DNA of 64,000 nucleotides from assembly GCA_031425695.1 (NCBI GenBank), contig JANPJV010000185.1, positions 2,234 through 66,233 on the forward strand, written 5' to 3'. This DNA is from Rhodanobacteraceae bacterium. Its GTDB lineage: Bacteria > Pseudomonadota > Gammaproteobacteria > Xanthomonadales > SZUA-5. The translations under genes were made by a program, and so were the position numbers. Positions 1-10,081 of the stretch are shown piece by piece. Below the pieces are notes generated by a model. That model ran no database searches. It was not told the DNA's origin and saw only the letters and a program-made list of their open reading frames with translations. Each line of letters starts with the position of its first letter. Within the stretch, counting starts at the first letter, position 1.

Positions 1-818
1 CCGAGACCCATGATGATCGCCACGACGGTGCCGAGCACGCGGATGCCATCGGTCGATTTTTCGGTCTGCTCCGAGTAGTACTTGAGCTGGTTCTTGACCT
101 CGACCCCGCTCATGCGTGGATCGGCCTTGAGCGCCGCTTCGAAGGGCGCGAAGGACTCGGCACTGTCCAGCGCGGCGAGCACCGTCGAGAAGATATTCGG
201 CCGGCCCCAGGCGGTCTGCGCGGTCGCGGCGTCGGTGAGGATCTCGCTCTCGCCGATATCACCAGATTCGAAGATGCCAACCACCATCCACTCGGAACTG
301 CGCAGGCGCACGGACTTGCCAACTTCGAGCCCTTCGAACTGACCCGCGGCGCCCTTGCCCACCAACAGTTCCTGCAGACCCGGGGTGAATGCGCGGCCTT
401 CAACGACCTTGAGCCGAGGCCGCAGTGCGATTCCCTGTGGACTAATGCCGCGCAGCGTGACATTGGCGCCGAGGGTGGCGCCTTTCTTCGGCAGCTCGGC
501 AATCACGATGAGCTCGCCCGAGGCCAGCGGCTCGCCCTTTGCATCCTTGCGCACGCCGACAGTCCGCGATGCGAGATCGAGCGCATCGCGATTGAGCGAG
601 CTGTTGAGCTCGTCCTGAGACCCACCGCGCAAGACCATGGCGTTGAGCGGATCGCCGCTCGCGACCAGCGTCGATTCTATGCCTTTGGACATGGCGAACA
701 ACGCGGTGAACACGCCGACCACGCCGGCAATGCCGACCACGATCACCAGCGACGCGGCGAGGCGCTCGGGGATGCTCTTCAAGTTCAGCATCACGATTTC
801 GAAGATCTGTTTGAACAT
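1..818 (-). CDS. ABC transporter permease (MacB/FtsX-like), 3' end outside the window
   Basis: Manual translation from ATG at 818: MFKQIFEIVMLNLKSIPERLAASLVIVVGIAGVVGVFTALFAM...VLRGGSQDELNSSL...GRAFTPGLQELLVG...WMVVGIFE. Open to the window edge and downstream of a paralogous permease. Not in the ORF track. Confidence 0.88.
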   Translation of the reverse strand, partial: MFKQIFEIVMLNLKSIPERLAASLVIVVGIAGVVGVFTALFAMSKGIESTLVASGDPLNAMVLRGGSQDELNSSLNRDALDLASRTVGVRKDAKGEPLASGELIVIAELPKKGATLGANVTLRGISPQGIALRPRLKVVEGRAFTPGLQELLVGKGAAGQFEGLEVGKSVRLRSSEWMVVGIFESGDIGESEILTDAATAQTAWGRPNIFSTVLAALDSAESFAPFEAALKADPRMSGVEVKNQLKYYSEQTEKSTDGIRVLGTVVAIIMGL

Positions 819-838
819 GGTGTGTTCCCGGTTCTTTC

Positions 839-912
839 GTGGGTCCGGACCTTGTCCGGACACTTCAATCAATGCGAAAAATCAACAGCGTTCGGACGAG
901 GTCCGAACCCAC
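839..912. repeat. REP doublet (REPIN), family A (GTGGGTYCGGACCTTGTCCGRACGCT)
   Basis: Inverted pair gtgggtccggaccttgtccggacact ... agcgttcggacgaggtccgaacccac; each arm is itself palindromic. Confidence 0.9.
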
Positions 913-919
913 AAAAACT

Positions 920-2077
920 TCACCGCCCGGCCAGCGCATCGACGATGCGCACCCGTCCCGCCCGCAGTGCCGGTGGCAGACCCACCGCGAGCGCGAGCAG
1001 CACCATGGCAATCAGCGCGCGCACCCACACCGTGCCGTCGGCGCGCACTGCCGCGAAGAACGGCACTGCCTCGGCCATACCCTTCATCATCATCGCTGCC
1101 AGGCCCATGCCGATCAGGCCGCCGAGCATGCACAGGAACAGGGACTCGGCAAGCACCAGACTGGTCACCAAGCCATTGCTGAAGCCCAGCGTCTTCAGCA
1201 CGGCGAGCTCCGGGATGCGCTCGCGCACGGCCTGCGCCATCGTGTTGCCGGTCAGGATCAAAATCGTGAAAAACACTGCGATCAGGATCAGGTTGACGAT
1301 CAGCCCGATGTCGCCGATCTGCGCAAAAAACCCCTTGTTGAAGTCCTTTTCGCTCTGGGTCTTGGTCTCGTTCGGCGAGTTCAGGAAGCGCGCATCGATC
1401 GCCTGCGCGACTTCGTTCGCCCGATTCGAATCTTCGAGCACGACCGCATAGACGCCCGCAGTGCCCGGCCCGAACTGGTTGGCTTCGTCAAAATACGCAT
1501 GGTTGATGTAGATACTCTGGGTCTGCGCCTGCCACGACTCGTCCTTGCCGTCGAAAATGCCGACGACGTCGAAGCTCCACGCCATCGAGCCATCCTTCTG
1601 CGGAAAGATGTTGGACTTGAGTGGCAGCTTGTCGCCAATCTTCCAGCCGTACTTGTCAGCCAGCACGCGGCCGACGATCGCGCCGGTGCGGGTCGCCTCG
1701 AACGCCTTCCATTGCTCGTCCGGCATCACCCATTCCGGGTACACGCGCCGCAGGCGTGCGGGATCCGAAGCGAAAGTGAACATCTGCGTGTTCTCGCCGA
1801 TGACGCCGCCGAACCACTGGTCGTGGCTGACGTCCTTGACCCCCGCAATGGCCTCGATCTCCGGCAAGAGCCGCATCGGCAGCGAGTCGGTGAAGGACAC
1901 GCGCGATTGGCTGATCAGCCGCGAGGCGCCGACGAAATCGACGCCGGCGGTGAAGAACACACTGAGCGCCTGCAGCAGCCCGAACAGCAGGAAGGCGCAG
2001 ATGAGCGAGAGCAGGGTCAGGAAGGCGCGCGACTTCTTGCGCCACATGCCAGCCCAGATGAACCGCAGGAATCCCAT
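920..2077 (-). CDS. ABC transporter permease (MacB/FtsX-like)
   Basis: N-terminal TM, large periplasmic domain, C-terminal TMs with [14 protein letters not shown] motif. Confidence 0.92.
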   Translation of the reverse strand: MGFLRFIWAGMWRKKSRAFLTLLSLICAFLLFGLLQALSVFFTAGVDFVGASRLISQSRVSFTDSLPMRLLPEIEAIAGVKDVSHDQWFGGVIGENTQMFTFASDPARLRRVYPEWVMPDEQWKAFEATRTGAIVGRVLADKYGWKIGDKLPLKSNIFPQKDGSMAWSFDVVGIFDGKDESWQAQTQSIYINHAYFDEANQFGPGTAGVYAVVLEDSNRANEVAQAIDARFLNSPNETKTQSEKDFNKGFFAQIGDIGLIVNLILIAVFFTILILTGNTMAQAVRERIPELAVLKTLGFSNGLVTSLVLAESLFLCMLGGLIGMGLAAMMMKGMAEAVPFFAAVRADGTVWVRALIAMVLLALAVGLPPALRAGRVRIVDALAGR

Positions 2078-2092
2078 GGCGAGGCGCTCCGG

Positions 2093-2797
2093 TCAGGCGT
2101 GGCTGGTGTCGGGCGCGCCCGACTCGAGCAGGCTGCCCTTGTCCAGGTGCAATGTCCGCTTCGCGTACTCGGCCGCCTTGGGATCGTGGGTGACCATGAC
2201 GATGGTCTTGCCGTGCTCGCGGTTTAGCCGTTGCAGCAGGGTCAGGATCTCGTCCGCGGTCTTGCGATCGAGATCGCCCGTGGGCTCGTCGCAGACCAGC
2301 AAGGTGGGGTCGGACACCAGTGCGCGTGCGATGGCGACGCGCTGTTCCTGGCCACCGGAAAGCTCGCGCGGCTTGTGGCGTGCGCGGTCCTTGAGACCGA
2401 CGATCTCGAGCGCGATATTGGCGCGCTTGATGCGCTCGGCGCCGCCCATCTTGGTGAGCAGCAGCGGCAGCTCGACATTGCGCTCGGCGGTCAACACCGG
2501 CAGCAGGTTGTAGAACTGGAACACGAAGCCGACATTGCCCGCCCGCCAGCGCGCCAGGTCACCGCTCGAGAGCTGGTCGATGCGCTTGCCGTCCACCTTG
2601 ATCTCGCCCCCGGACGGCTGGTCGAGGCCCCCGATGAGGTTCAACAAAGTCGTCTTCCCCGACCCCGACGGCCCCATCAACGCCACGAAATCACCCTTCG
2701 GGATATCGATCGACAAACCATGCAACACCTCCACCTTCTGCTTCCCACGCGTGTAGTGCTTCGTCAGGTTGCGAATCTCGACCAGGGCGTTGCTCAT
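2093..2797 (-). CDS. ABC transporter ATP-binding protein (LolD/MacB-like)
   Basis: Walker A GPSGSGKT, signature [14 protein letters not shown], Walker [14 protein letters not shown]. Confidence 0.96.
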   Translation of the reverse strand: MSNALVEIRNLTKHYTRGKQKVEVLHGLSIDIPKGDFVALMGPSGSGKTTLLNLIGGLDQPSGGEIKVDGKRIDQLSSGDLARWRAGNVGFVFQFYNLLPVLTAERNVELPLLLTKMGGAERIKRANIALEIVGLKDRARHKPRELSGGQEQRVAIARALVSDPTLLVCDEPTGDLDRKTADEILTLLQRLNREHGKTIVMVTHDPKAAEYAKRTLHLDKGSLLESGAPDTSHA

Positions 2798-2826
2798 GGG
2801 CTTCTTCTCTTCGATTTAAGTAAATT

Positions 2827-2987
2827 TTTTGACGCAAAGGAACGCAAAGGGGGCAAAGGGACGCTAAGGAAATCAGCAACGATGCGCACTATTTGCTCGC
2901 CGGATTGGCGCAAGTCACCGTATTTGCCGGCATTGAAAAGCTCTACTTTGCGTCCCTTTGCCCCCTTGGCGTTCATTTGCGTCAAAA
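2827..2987. repeat. Inverted repeat built from 9-10 bp ACGCAAAGG-like units (MITE-like)
   Basis: ttttgacgcaaaggaacgcaaagggggcaaagggacgc ... gcgtccctttgcccccttggcgttcatttgcgtcaaaa. Confidence 0.8.
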
Positions 2988-3003
2988 GAACTCAAGTTCG
3001 ACT

Positions 3004-4248
3004 TTAGCGCGCCTCGCGCGCGACCTCGGTGCCGTCGGCGAGCTCGGGCGGGGGGTCCAAGATGACGCTGTCGCCAGGGTTGAGGCCGGTGAGGATGTTG
3101 CGTTGGGCGCCGGTGGTGGCGGCCGCTTCGACGCGGCGCAGCCGAGCGACTTCGCCCTCGATGATGAAGACCGACGTGGCGCCGTCGCGCTCGACCACGG
3201 CGCTGGCAGGCACGATCACGCCCTTGGCGACGGGCTTCGGGGTGCTCGCTTCGGCATCGCGCGCTTCCAGGAAGGCCACGCGAACGCCCATGTCGGGGAC
3301 GATGCGCTGGTCTTTTTCGTTGAGCGAGACGCGCACGCGCACGGTGGCCTTGGTGCGGTCGGCGGCCGGGATCACCGCGATCACGGCGCCCGGGATGCGC
3401 CAGTCGGGATAGGCATTGAGCGTCGCTTCGACCGGCATCTTCGCGGCAACGCGGCCGATGAAGGCCTCATTGACATCGACTTCGACTTCCAGAGAATCCA
3501 TGTCGACGATGGTGCCGATGCCGGTGCGGGTGAAGCCACCGCCGGCGGATATCGGCGAGATCATCTCCCCGGGTTGCGCCGCCTTGGCAATGACGACGCC
3601 TGCGAACGGCGCGCGGATCACCGTGTCTTCGAGCGAGACCTTGCTCATTGCCAGCGATTTGTCGGCGACATCGATCTGGCGACGCTGGCTGGTCAGGCGC
3701 GCAGCCAGGCCGTCGGCCTGCGCGCGCGCGGCATCGAGCTGCGAGGCCGGGGTGAGCTTGCGCGCGGAAAGGTCCTGCTGGCGCTTGTAATCGGCGCGGG
3801 CCTGACGCAGCGAAGCCTCGATCTCGGCCGCCTGCGAACGCGCGCTCTCGAGTTGGGCCTGGCGCAGGTCCACGTCCGCCTGCTGGTCCATCGCATCCAG
3901 CGTCGCCAGGATCTGGCCTTGCTCGACGCGCATGCCTTCCTCGATCAGCACTTCGCGCACCTTGCCGGTCACCTTCGCGGACACCGTAGCCTGCCGCCGC
4001 GCGACCACGTAGCCGGAAGCATCCAGCACGGAGTTGCTCGGGGCCGTGGAGCTTGCCGGCGTGGCACTCGCGGTCTTGACCACGATCGGTGCCGGGCCGC
4101 GGCCGAAATACCACCAGCCGATTGCCGAGCCGATCAGCAGCAGGGCCCCCAGGAACAGCCAACGCGCGCTCCCGGAAGGCTCTTCCTCGTTCACGGCCGG
4201 GCGCTCGATGCGCAATTGTCCCAGGAGATCAGGTTGGCTCATGCCCAT
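3004..4248 (-). CDS. Efflux membrane fusion (periplasmic adaptor) protein, MacA-like
   Basis: N-terminal TM, lipoyl halves (VSAKVTGKVREVLIEEG; IRAPFAGVV), coiled coil; lies upstream of the ABC genes. Confidence 0.94.
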   Translation of the reverse strand: MGMSQPDLLGQLRIERPAVNEEEPSGSARWLFLGALLLIGSAIGWWYFGRGPAPIVVKTASATPASSTAPSNSVLDASGYVVARRQATVSAKVTGKVREVLIEEGMRVEQGQILATLDAMDQQADVDLRQAQLESARSQAAEIEASLRQARADYKRQQDLSARKLTPASQLDAARAQADGLAARLTSQRRQIDVADKSLAMSKVSLEDTVIRAPFAGVVIAKAAQPGEMISPISAGGGFTRTGIGTIVDMDSLEVEVDVNEAFIGRVAAKMPVEATLNAYPDWRIPGAVIAVIPAADRTKATVRVRVSLNEKDQRIVPDMGVRVAFLEARDAEASTPKPVAKGVIVPASAVVERDGATSVFIIEGEVARLRRVEAAATTGAQRNILTGLNPGDSVILDPPPELADGTEVAREAR

Positions 4249-4322
4249 TGGCTACTCGAAAGATGGCGTGATGATGCACTCACGGGAACGAATCACGTCA
4301 CCTGTGTGTAGTCACCCTTGAT

Positions 4323-4357
4323 GTAGGTCATGTTGGCCGCGAAGCGGCCTACTTGAC
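4323..4357. repeat. REP, family B (GTAGGTCATGTTG...CTACTTGAC), single arm
   Basis: gtaggtcatgttggccgcgaagcggcctacttgac; matches copies at 8086, 49151 and 50256. Confidence 0.8.
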
Positions 4358-4420
4358 TATGGAAGCCAGTCTCTTGGCGTTCCCGACTGCGCGGTAGTGA
4401 CAGGCGTCAGGGGAAAAGCG

Positions 4421-4512
4421 TGGTTGTCGGTTTCGGTTGTCGGTTTCGGAAACGCGCGAGCTCGCCGCTCCGCTTTTACCGACACCGAAAACCGACACCG
4501 AAACCGAAACCG
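4421..4512. repeat. Inverted repeat of hexamer units (GGTTTC/GGTTGTC versus GAAACC/GACACC)
   Basis: ggttgtcggtttcggttgtcggtttcgg ... ccgacaccgaaaaccgacaccgaaaccgaaaccg; a second copy lies at 24571. Confidence 0.8.
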
Positions 4513-4514
4513 CT

Positions 4515-5141
4515 TCACCCACCCAATTCCCGATCGTGCCACCGCGCCAGCAGCACTTGCGCGAGGAACGCACCGATCAGCGCCATGAACATGTCCCACT
4601 GGGTGTCCCAGACGTCGCCCTGGGTGGCCAGGAACGCATCCGCGGCGCCGCCCCAGATCAGTGCGGCCCACCATTCGATCATCTCGAAGAAGGCGCTGAA
4701 GGAGAGCGCGGCGGCGAGCACCAGGTAGAACAGCCAGCCGCCGGGCTTGAGCGGGGTTTTGCGCAGCAGCAGCTCGCGGGCGAGGATCGCGGGCACGAAG
4801 CCCTGGGCGAAATGGCCGAAGCGGTCGTAGTGGTTGCGCGCGAGGTCAAACCAGTCCTGCACCCACAAGCCGAGCGGCACCAGCGCGTAGGTGTATTTGC
4901 CGCCAACCATGAGCAGCACGCAGTGCAAGGCGATCAGGATGTAGAGCAGCCGAGTCAGCGGGAAGCGCGGGTAGGTGAAGATCAGCAACGGCACCGCGAC
5001 GATCACCCAAATCACTTCCATCAGCCAGGTGAGGCGGTCGTGTGGCCCGATGCCGGACCAGACCAGCACGGCGAGGACCGCGGCGCAGAGCGCCAGGCCG
5101 GCGCGCGGCGAGAGCGTGACTGGATCGCGCATGGCGGGCAT
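4515..5141 (-). CDS. DUF2238 (YjdF-like) inner membrane protein
   Basis: DRLTWLME, GGKYTYA.VP.G, RNHYDRFGHFAQG and QGDVWDTQWDM motifs. Confidence 0.9.
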   Translation of the reverse strand: MPAMRDPVTLSPRAGLALCAAVLAVLVWSGIGPHDRLTWLMEVIWVIVAVPLLIFTYPRFPLTRLLYILIALHCVLLMVGGKYTYALVPLGLWVQDWFDLARNHYDRFGHFAQGFVPAILARELLLRKTPLKPGGWLFYLVLAAALSFSAFFEMIEWWAALIWGGAADAFLATQGDVWDTQWDMFMALIGAFLAQVLLARWHDRELGG

Positions 5142-5190
5142 CAGACCTCCTGACAGTGAAAGGAACGCAGCGGGCCAGGGGAATCAGGCA

Positions 5191-5784
5191 CTAGATTGCG
5201 TCCAGGCGCGGCGACGCCGGGCGCGACATGATGCGATCGACCCAGGCGATTGCGAGTGCCGAGACGACGAAGGCGACGTGGATAACCGTCTGCCAGAGCA
5301 CGGCCGCCTCGGTGACCTGAGAGCCGGGCTGGCCGAGCGTGCCGGCCTCGATAAAGGTCTTCAGGAGATGGATCGACGAGATGCCAATGATCGCCGTCGC
5401 GAGCTTGACCTTCAGCACTGCGGCGTTGACGTGGCTGAGCCACTCCGGCTGGTCCGGATGGCCTTCGAGGCCAAGCCGTGACACGAAGGTTTCGTAGCCG
5501 CCGACGATCACCATCACCAGCAGATTCGAGATCATCACCACGTCGATGAGCCCGAGCACGGTCATCATGATCTGGATCTCGGGGGTGTGCGTGTACGCCG
5601 CGACCGGCGCATGCGCGAAGCCGAACGTAGTGCCGAGCAAATGCCACAGCTCACGCAGGAACTGCACTACATAGATGCCCTGGGCGACGATCAACCCGAG
5701 ATAGAGCGGCAGCTGCAACCAGCGCGAGGAGAAGATCAGCGTCGACAGCGGGCCGAGCGAGCGGGAGGAACGGGCTTCGGGCAT
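5191..5784 (-). CDS. UPF0114/TIGR00645 (YqhA-like) membrane protein
   Basis: [57 protein letters not shown]. Confidence 0.9.
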   Translation of the reverse strand: MPEARSSRSLGPLSTLIFSSRWLQLPLYLGLIVAQGIYVVQFLRELWHLLGTTFGFAHAPVAAYTHTPEIQIMMTVLGLIDVVMISNLLVMVIVGGYETFVSRLGLEGHPDQPEWLSHVNAAVLKVKLATAIIGISSIHLLKTFIEAGTLGQPGSQVTEAAVLWQTVIHVAFVVSALAIAWVDRIMSRPASPRLDAI

Positions 5785-5857
5785 GGGCGAGTGAGGTGTT
5801 CTAGATCAGGTCGAGGGGATTCTACGGGGGTGTGGCCGGAGCATGGGCTCTGCACTA

Positions 5858-5930
5858 GTGGGTTCGGACCTAGTCCGAACGCTCTTCACGCAACCGGTGG
5901 CAACAGCGTCCGGACAAGGTCCGGACCCAC
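5858..5930. repeat. REP doublet, family A
   Basis: gtgggttcggacctagtccgaacgct ... agcgtccggacaaggtccggacccac. Confidence 0.9.
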
Positions 5931-5939
5931 GCAATGCCC

Positions 5940-7496
5940 CTACGAACTGCAGGACAGCATCGAGCAGCCCGCCCGTTCGCGCGCCCATTCCGGGCGGCGC
6001 GCGGCGAAGCGCTCGAAGCCCGGCTGCTCGGTGTACGGGTTTTCGAGCACCTTCATCAGCGTATGCAGTTCCGCGAGGTCGCCCTTTTCCGCGGCGTCGA
6101 TGGCCTGCTGAGCGAGGTAGTTGCGCGGTACGAAACGTGGGTTGACCGCGTTCATCGCTGCGGCGCGCACCGCGTCCGGGCGGCCGATCTGGGCGAGCCG
6201 CTGTGCGTAGCGAACCAGCCAATCCTCGAGCGCCGTGGCGTTGTCCGCGCGCCGCGCCGGATCGTAGAAAGCCGCATCGAGCACGTCGAGCCGTGGCGCC
6301 CGCACATCCAGCTGCGCGAGCCCGCGATAGGTGAGGGTCATATCCATCTCGGCCCGTTGCATGAGCTCGTCGAGCTCGCTGGCGAGCGCCATCTCGGCCG
6401 GGCCGCCGTTTTCGATGCCGAGCTTGGCGCAACTCATGCGCGTGTGCTCGGCTGCGAACACTTCTACGTAGTGATCGAGCCCCGCATGCAGCGTCTCGGG
6501 ATCCGGGAACAGCGGCGTCAGGGCGCCGGCGAGCGCGCGAAGGTTCCAATGGGCGATCTGCGGCTGCCGACCGTAGGCATAGCGGCGCCCCTGTGCATCC
6601 GTCGTATTCGGAGTCCACTCGGGGTCGAAGTTCTCGAGCCAGCCGTAGGGACCGTAATCGATGGTGAGGCCGAGGATCGAGAGGTTGTCGGTGTTCATGA
6701 CCCCATGCACGAAGCCGACGCGCAACCAGTGCGCGATCATGACCGCCGTGCGTGCAGCGACCTCGTGGAAAAAATCCGCCCGGCGTTGTTCCACCGGACC
6801 GGTCAGGTGCGGGTAGTCGCGGGCGAGCGTGAAGTCGACCAGCTTTTCGAGCAGGGCCACATCGCCGCGCGAGGTCGGCAGCTCGTAGTTGCCGAAGCGC
6901 AGGAACGAGGGGGCGACGCGACACACGATTGCCCCCGGCTCGGCGCGGGGATTGCCGTTGTAGAACATGTCTCGTACGACTTCGTCGCCGCTGGCGAGCA
7001 GGCACAGCGCGCGGGTCGTCGGCACGCCGAGCGCATGCATGGCCTCGCTGCACATGAACTCGCGCAGGGACGAACGCAGCACCGCGCGCCCGTCCGCACG
7101 CCGCGAGTAGGGGGTCGGGCCGGCGCCCTTGAGCTGCAGCTCGTGGCGGGCACCATCGGCGCCCAGCACCTCGCCGAGCGCAATCGCACGGCCGTCGCCC
7201 AGTTGTCCTGCCCAATGCCCGAATTGATGCCCGCCGTACGCAGCCGCGTAGCTCTCCATTCCCGGGAGCAGGGTGTTGCCGGAAAAGGCCGCCAGGAACT
7301 CGGGCGATTGCACTTCGGTTTCGGTGAGCCCGAGCGCCTCGGCGACATCACGCGACCAAGCCAGCAGCCGCGGTGCAGCCACCGGCGTGGGGCTCACCCA
7401 GGAATACGCAGCACCCTCGACCTGCCGCAGCCGCGCACTGCGCTCGGGGTCGCCGGGCAGCTCGCGTAGCAAGCGGTTGTCGAAACGCAGGGGCAT
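5940..7496 (-). CDS. selO: Protein adenylyltransferase SelO (YdiU)
   Basis: [52 protein letters not shown]-terminal LSCSS. Start placed at MPLRFDN because the longer ORF runs into a REP. Confidence 0.96.
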   Translation of the reverse strand: MPLRFDNRLLRELPGDPERSARLRQVEGAAYSWVSPTPVAAPRLLAWSRDVAEALGLTETEVQSPEFLAAFSGNTLLPGMESYAAAYGGHQFGHWAGQLGDGRAIALGEVLGADGARHELQLKGAGPTPYSRRADGRAVLRSSLREFMCSEAMHALGVPTTRALCLLASGDEVVRDMFYNGNPRAEPGAIVCRVAPSFLRFGNYELPTSRGDVALLEKLVDFTLARDYPHLTGPVEQRRADFFHEVAARTAVMIAHWLRVGFVHGVMNTDNLSILGLTIDYGPYGWLENFDPEWTPNTTDAQGRRYAYGRQPQIAHWNLRALAGALTPLFPDPETLHAGLDHYVEVFAAEHTRMSCAKLGIENGGPAEMALASELDELMQRAEMDMTLTYRGLAQLDVRAPRLDVLDAAFYDPARRADNATALEDWLVRYAQRLAQIGRPDAVRAAAMNAVNPRFVPRNYLAQQAIDAAEKGDLAELHTLMKVLENPYTEQPGFERFAARRPEWARERAGCSMLSCSS

Positions 7497-7564
7497 GGTT
7501 CGATCCTGGCGGAAGTGAGAGCGCCATGATGCAACCGCATCGCGCAAGTGTCGCGTGAGCACTA

Positions 7565-7706
7565 TTTGGAGTGCGGCGCTCGGCGCCGCTTTGGATGCTC
7601 TTGCTCGATTTGCGTCAGTCCTCAGGCGACCCGAACCCGCAAGCGGTCGTCCAAACGCTGGAGACGAGACAGCATCCAAATGCGGCGCAGAGCGCCGCAC
7701 TCCAAA
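7565..7706. repeat. REP-like inverted pair (TTGGAGTGCGG family)
   Basis: tttggagtgcggcgctcggcgccgctttggatg ... catccaaatgcggcgcagagcgccgcactccaaa. Confidence 0.85.
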
Positions 7707-7952
7707 TCAAGCAGCGTCGCGCAGCGCCTCGATCCGGCGGCGCAGCTCGAACTTGGGCTCGGTGACGATGGCCTCGAGCGTTGCAATGCGCGCCCGCAGG
7801 TCTTCGATCTCGCGCTGCTGCGCATCGGCCCCGTGCGCAAAGCCGTCCAGGCGCTGTCCCCGGCGCTGCTCATTGAGTTTGAACCAGCGATTGGCCATCC
7901 CACCCAAAGTCGAGATGAAGACGATCGCGACCACCATGGTGAAGACATCCAT
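7707..7952 (-). CDS. Small single-TM coiled-coil protein (PspB-like)
   Basis: MDVFTMVVAIVFI TM followed by EIEDLRARIATLEAIVTE; aggag-like RBS upstream. Confidence 0.7.
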   Translation of the reverse strand: MDVFTMVVAIVFISTLGGMANRWFKLNEQRRGQRLDGFAHGADAQQREIEDLRARIATLEAIVTEPKFELRRRIEALRDAA

Positions 7953-8050
7953 CTGCTTTTGAGCTCCTGTGACTGCGAGGCGACATATTATGCCAACGCG
8001 GCCGGCGCGCATGGGCCGCAGGTCATGCTCTGGCTGCTTGCTCTTACTGC

Positions 8051-8171
8051 GTGGGTCCGGACCTTGTCCGGACGCTCTCGCATTTGTAGGGCATGTTGTT
8101 CGCGATGCGGACTACTTTGCGCTTTGCCCTCAATCGTCAAGTAGTCCGCTGCCGCGGACAACCTGACCTAC
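8051..8171. repeat. Composite REP cluster: family A arm (8051-8076) plus family B doublet (8086-8171)
   Basis: gtgggtccggaccttgtccggacgct; gtagggcatgttg ... gtcaagtagtccgctgccgcggacaacctgacctac. Confidence 0.85.
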
Positions 8172-8208
8172 GAAAGCAAGCAGGCTTCGAGGACGCCCGC
8201 ACCAGCCC

Positions 8209-8703
8209 TCAAACCCCGCGTTTCGCCAAGAACGCCCGGCGCTCTTCCTCCACCGCGCTGCGCAACTGCATCAGCCGTTGCGCATAGGCCTGCAGCTCGC
8301 GCTCTTCATCGGTTTTCGGCACGTAGACCGGTACCGGGACCGCCTTGCCGTCGTCGCCAATCGCCACGAAAACCACGATGCAGTGGGTATTGCGCTGGCG
8401 CGTGTCGGCGCCGGCGCGCGGGTTGCTGGCGTGGACGTCGACGCCGATGTGCATGGAGCTGGAACCCGTGTGCAGCAGGCGCGCACTGACTTCAACCAGG
8501 CTGCCGATCGGCACCGGCGCCTCGAACTGGATGCCGCCGACATAAACAGTGACGGCGTAATGCCCGCTCCAGCCGACCGCCAGCGCATACGCCGCCTGGT
8601 CGATCCAGCCCATGACGGTGCCGCCGAAGACCTTGCCGCCGTAGTTGACGTCTCTGGGCTGCGCCAGGAAGCGCAGCGTGATTTCGCGTTGGGTTCCGGC
8701 CAT
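8209..8703 (-). CDS. Acyl-CoA thioesterase (hotdog fold)
   Basis: LRFLAQP.DVNYGGKVFGG.VM.WID.AAY; C-terminal VFVAI.DDGK.VPVP. Confidence 0.92.
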   Translation of the reverse strand: MAGTQREITLRFLAQPRDVNYGGKVFGGTVMGWIDQAAYALAVGWSGHYAVTVYVGGIQFEAPVPIGSLVEVSARLLHTGSSSMHIGVDVHASNPRAGADTRQRNTHCIVVFVAIGDDGKAVPVPVYVPKTDEERELQAYAQRLMQLRSAVEEERRAFLAKRGV

Positions 8704-8724
8704 GGCGAGCCTCTCGACCGACAA

Positions 8725-8862
8725 AAAGAGCGGGCGGGAAGGAAGCGAAGGAAAGAAGCAAGGAAGCGAAGGACAGCAAGCGCCAGGAGGACCGTGGAAG
8801 CAGTTGCGGCTCTACTTCGCTACTCTCTGCTTTTCCTTCGCTTCCTTCCCGTCCCGCTCTTT
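8725..8862. repeat. Inverted repeat of GGAAGCGAA-like units (MITE-like)
   Basis: aaagagcgggcgggaaggaagcgaaggaaa ... tttccttcgcttccttcccgtcccgctcttt. Confidence 0.8.
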
Positions 8863-8889
8863 CCCCGCAGCCTATCCCGAAAGCCGCAA

Positions 8890-9750
8890 TCACGCCTCCG
8901 GGAACGCCGCCTTCATGAACTCCGGCATCGCCAAAGCAGCGCGGTGGATATCGACGTTGTAGTAGCGCGTCTCGAACTTCTTGGTCGCGGCGCCGCGCTC
9001 GCGGAAGCTGTTGAGATCGATGCCCTTGCGCGCCATCGTGCAGCTCCACCAGCCTGACGGATAGCAGGGCTGCGGGAAGCACAGCGTGCGCAGGAAGCTG
9101 AAGCCGGCGCCTTTCATCTGCGTGCGCATCGCGGTGATCAGCGGCAAGTGAATCAGCGGGGATTCGCTCTGCTGGACCAGGATGCCGCCGGGCCGCAGGG
9201 CCTTCAGGCACGACTGATAGAACGCACGATTGAAGAGACCAGCGGCCGGTCCGATCGGATCGGTCGAGTCGACGATGATCACATCGAGGCTGTCTGGCTC
9301 ATGCTCGGCCATGTACTTGATGCCGTCGCCAAACTCCAGGCGCGCACGCGGATCGCCGTTGGCCGAGCACAGCTCCGGGAAGTACTGTTCGGCGAGCCGG
9401 GTCACGCGCTCGTCGATCTCGCACTGCACCGCTTCCTCGACTTCCTCGTGCTTGAGCACTTCCTTGAGCGTGCCGCAGTCGCCGCCGCCGATCACCACCA
9501 CGCGTTTGGCGCGCGGATGTGTGAACAAGGCCGGGTGCGACATCATCTCGTGGTACAGGAAATTGTCGCGCGTGGTCAGCATCACGCAGCCATCGATGAC
9601 CATCAGGTTGCCCCAATCGGTGGTCTCGTAGATATCGATGGTCTGATACGGGGTCTTTTCCGAATGCAACATGCGCTTGATCTTGAACGAGATCGCGGAG
9701 TTGGATCCTTCGTGCGCTTCGGAAAACCAGTTTTCATCAAGAACGTGCAT
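8890..9750 (-). CDS. speE: Polyamine aminopropyltransferase (spermidine synthase)
   Basis: YHEMMSHP, VVVIGGGDCGTLKEV, DVIIVDSTDPIGPA. Confidence 0.96.
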   Translation of the reverse strand: MHVLDENWFSEAHEGSNSAISFKIKRMLHSEKTPYQTIDIYETTDWGNLMVIDGCVMLTTRDNFLYHEMMSHPALFTHPRAKRVVVIGGGDCGTLKEVLKHEEVEEAVQCEIDERVTRLAEQYFPELCSANGDPRARLEFGDGIKYMAEHEPDSLDVIIVDSTDPIGPAAGLFNRAFYQSCLKALRPGGILVQQSESPLIHLPLITAMRTQMKGAGFSFLRTLCFPQPCYPSGWWSCTMARKGIDLNSFRERGAATKKFETRYYNVDIHRAALAMPEFMKAAFPEA

Positions 9751-10081
9751 CGGGGCAAACGCCTCTTCTAAGGGGCTTATCGTGGTTGCTCGGCAGTCAC
9801 GCTGCTGCGAACGCCGCTGCGTCCGAAGCGGCGTTCACGGAACACACGGGCTGCCGGCGGATACGCGAGCTGTCGATTCTAACCGTTAAAGCGAGCCGAC
9901 CACCGACTGCCCAGGGCGAGATCGTAACGAAAGCAAACGCAATCGCGCGCCTGGCGGGGCCAGCAAAGTGCGATACGGGCCTGAATGCGAGGTGTGCGGC
10001 CGGTCGCGGAAGCACACTTGGTTCCTGGACAAAGGCCGTCTGACCACCCACATTGCAGTGATCTGCGGGCAGGAAACGGCA

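Noticed and set aside
5940-5960. Possible selenoprotein at the SelO C-terminus
   Set aside because: The protein ends CSMLSCSS followed by TAG, with Cys and no in-frame TGA.
5934-7469. Long antisense/alternate-frame ORFs (e.g. 5934-7469, 35591-38383, 36349-38550, 19105-20643, 52698-54269)
   Set aside because: Shadow ORFs typical of high-GC DNA, overlapping well-supported genes and lacking recognisable motifs.
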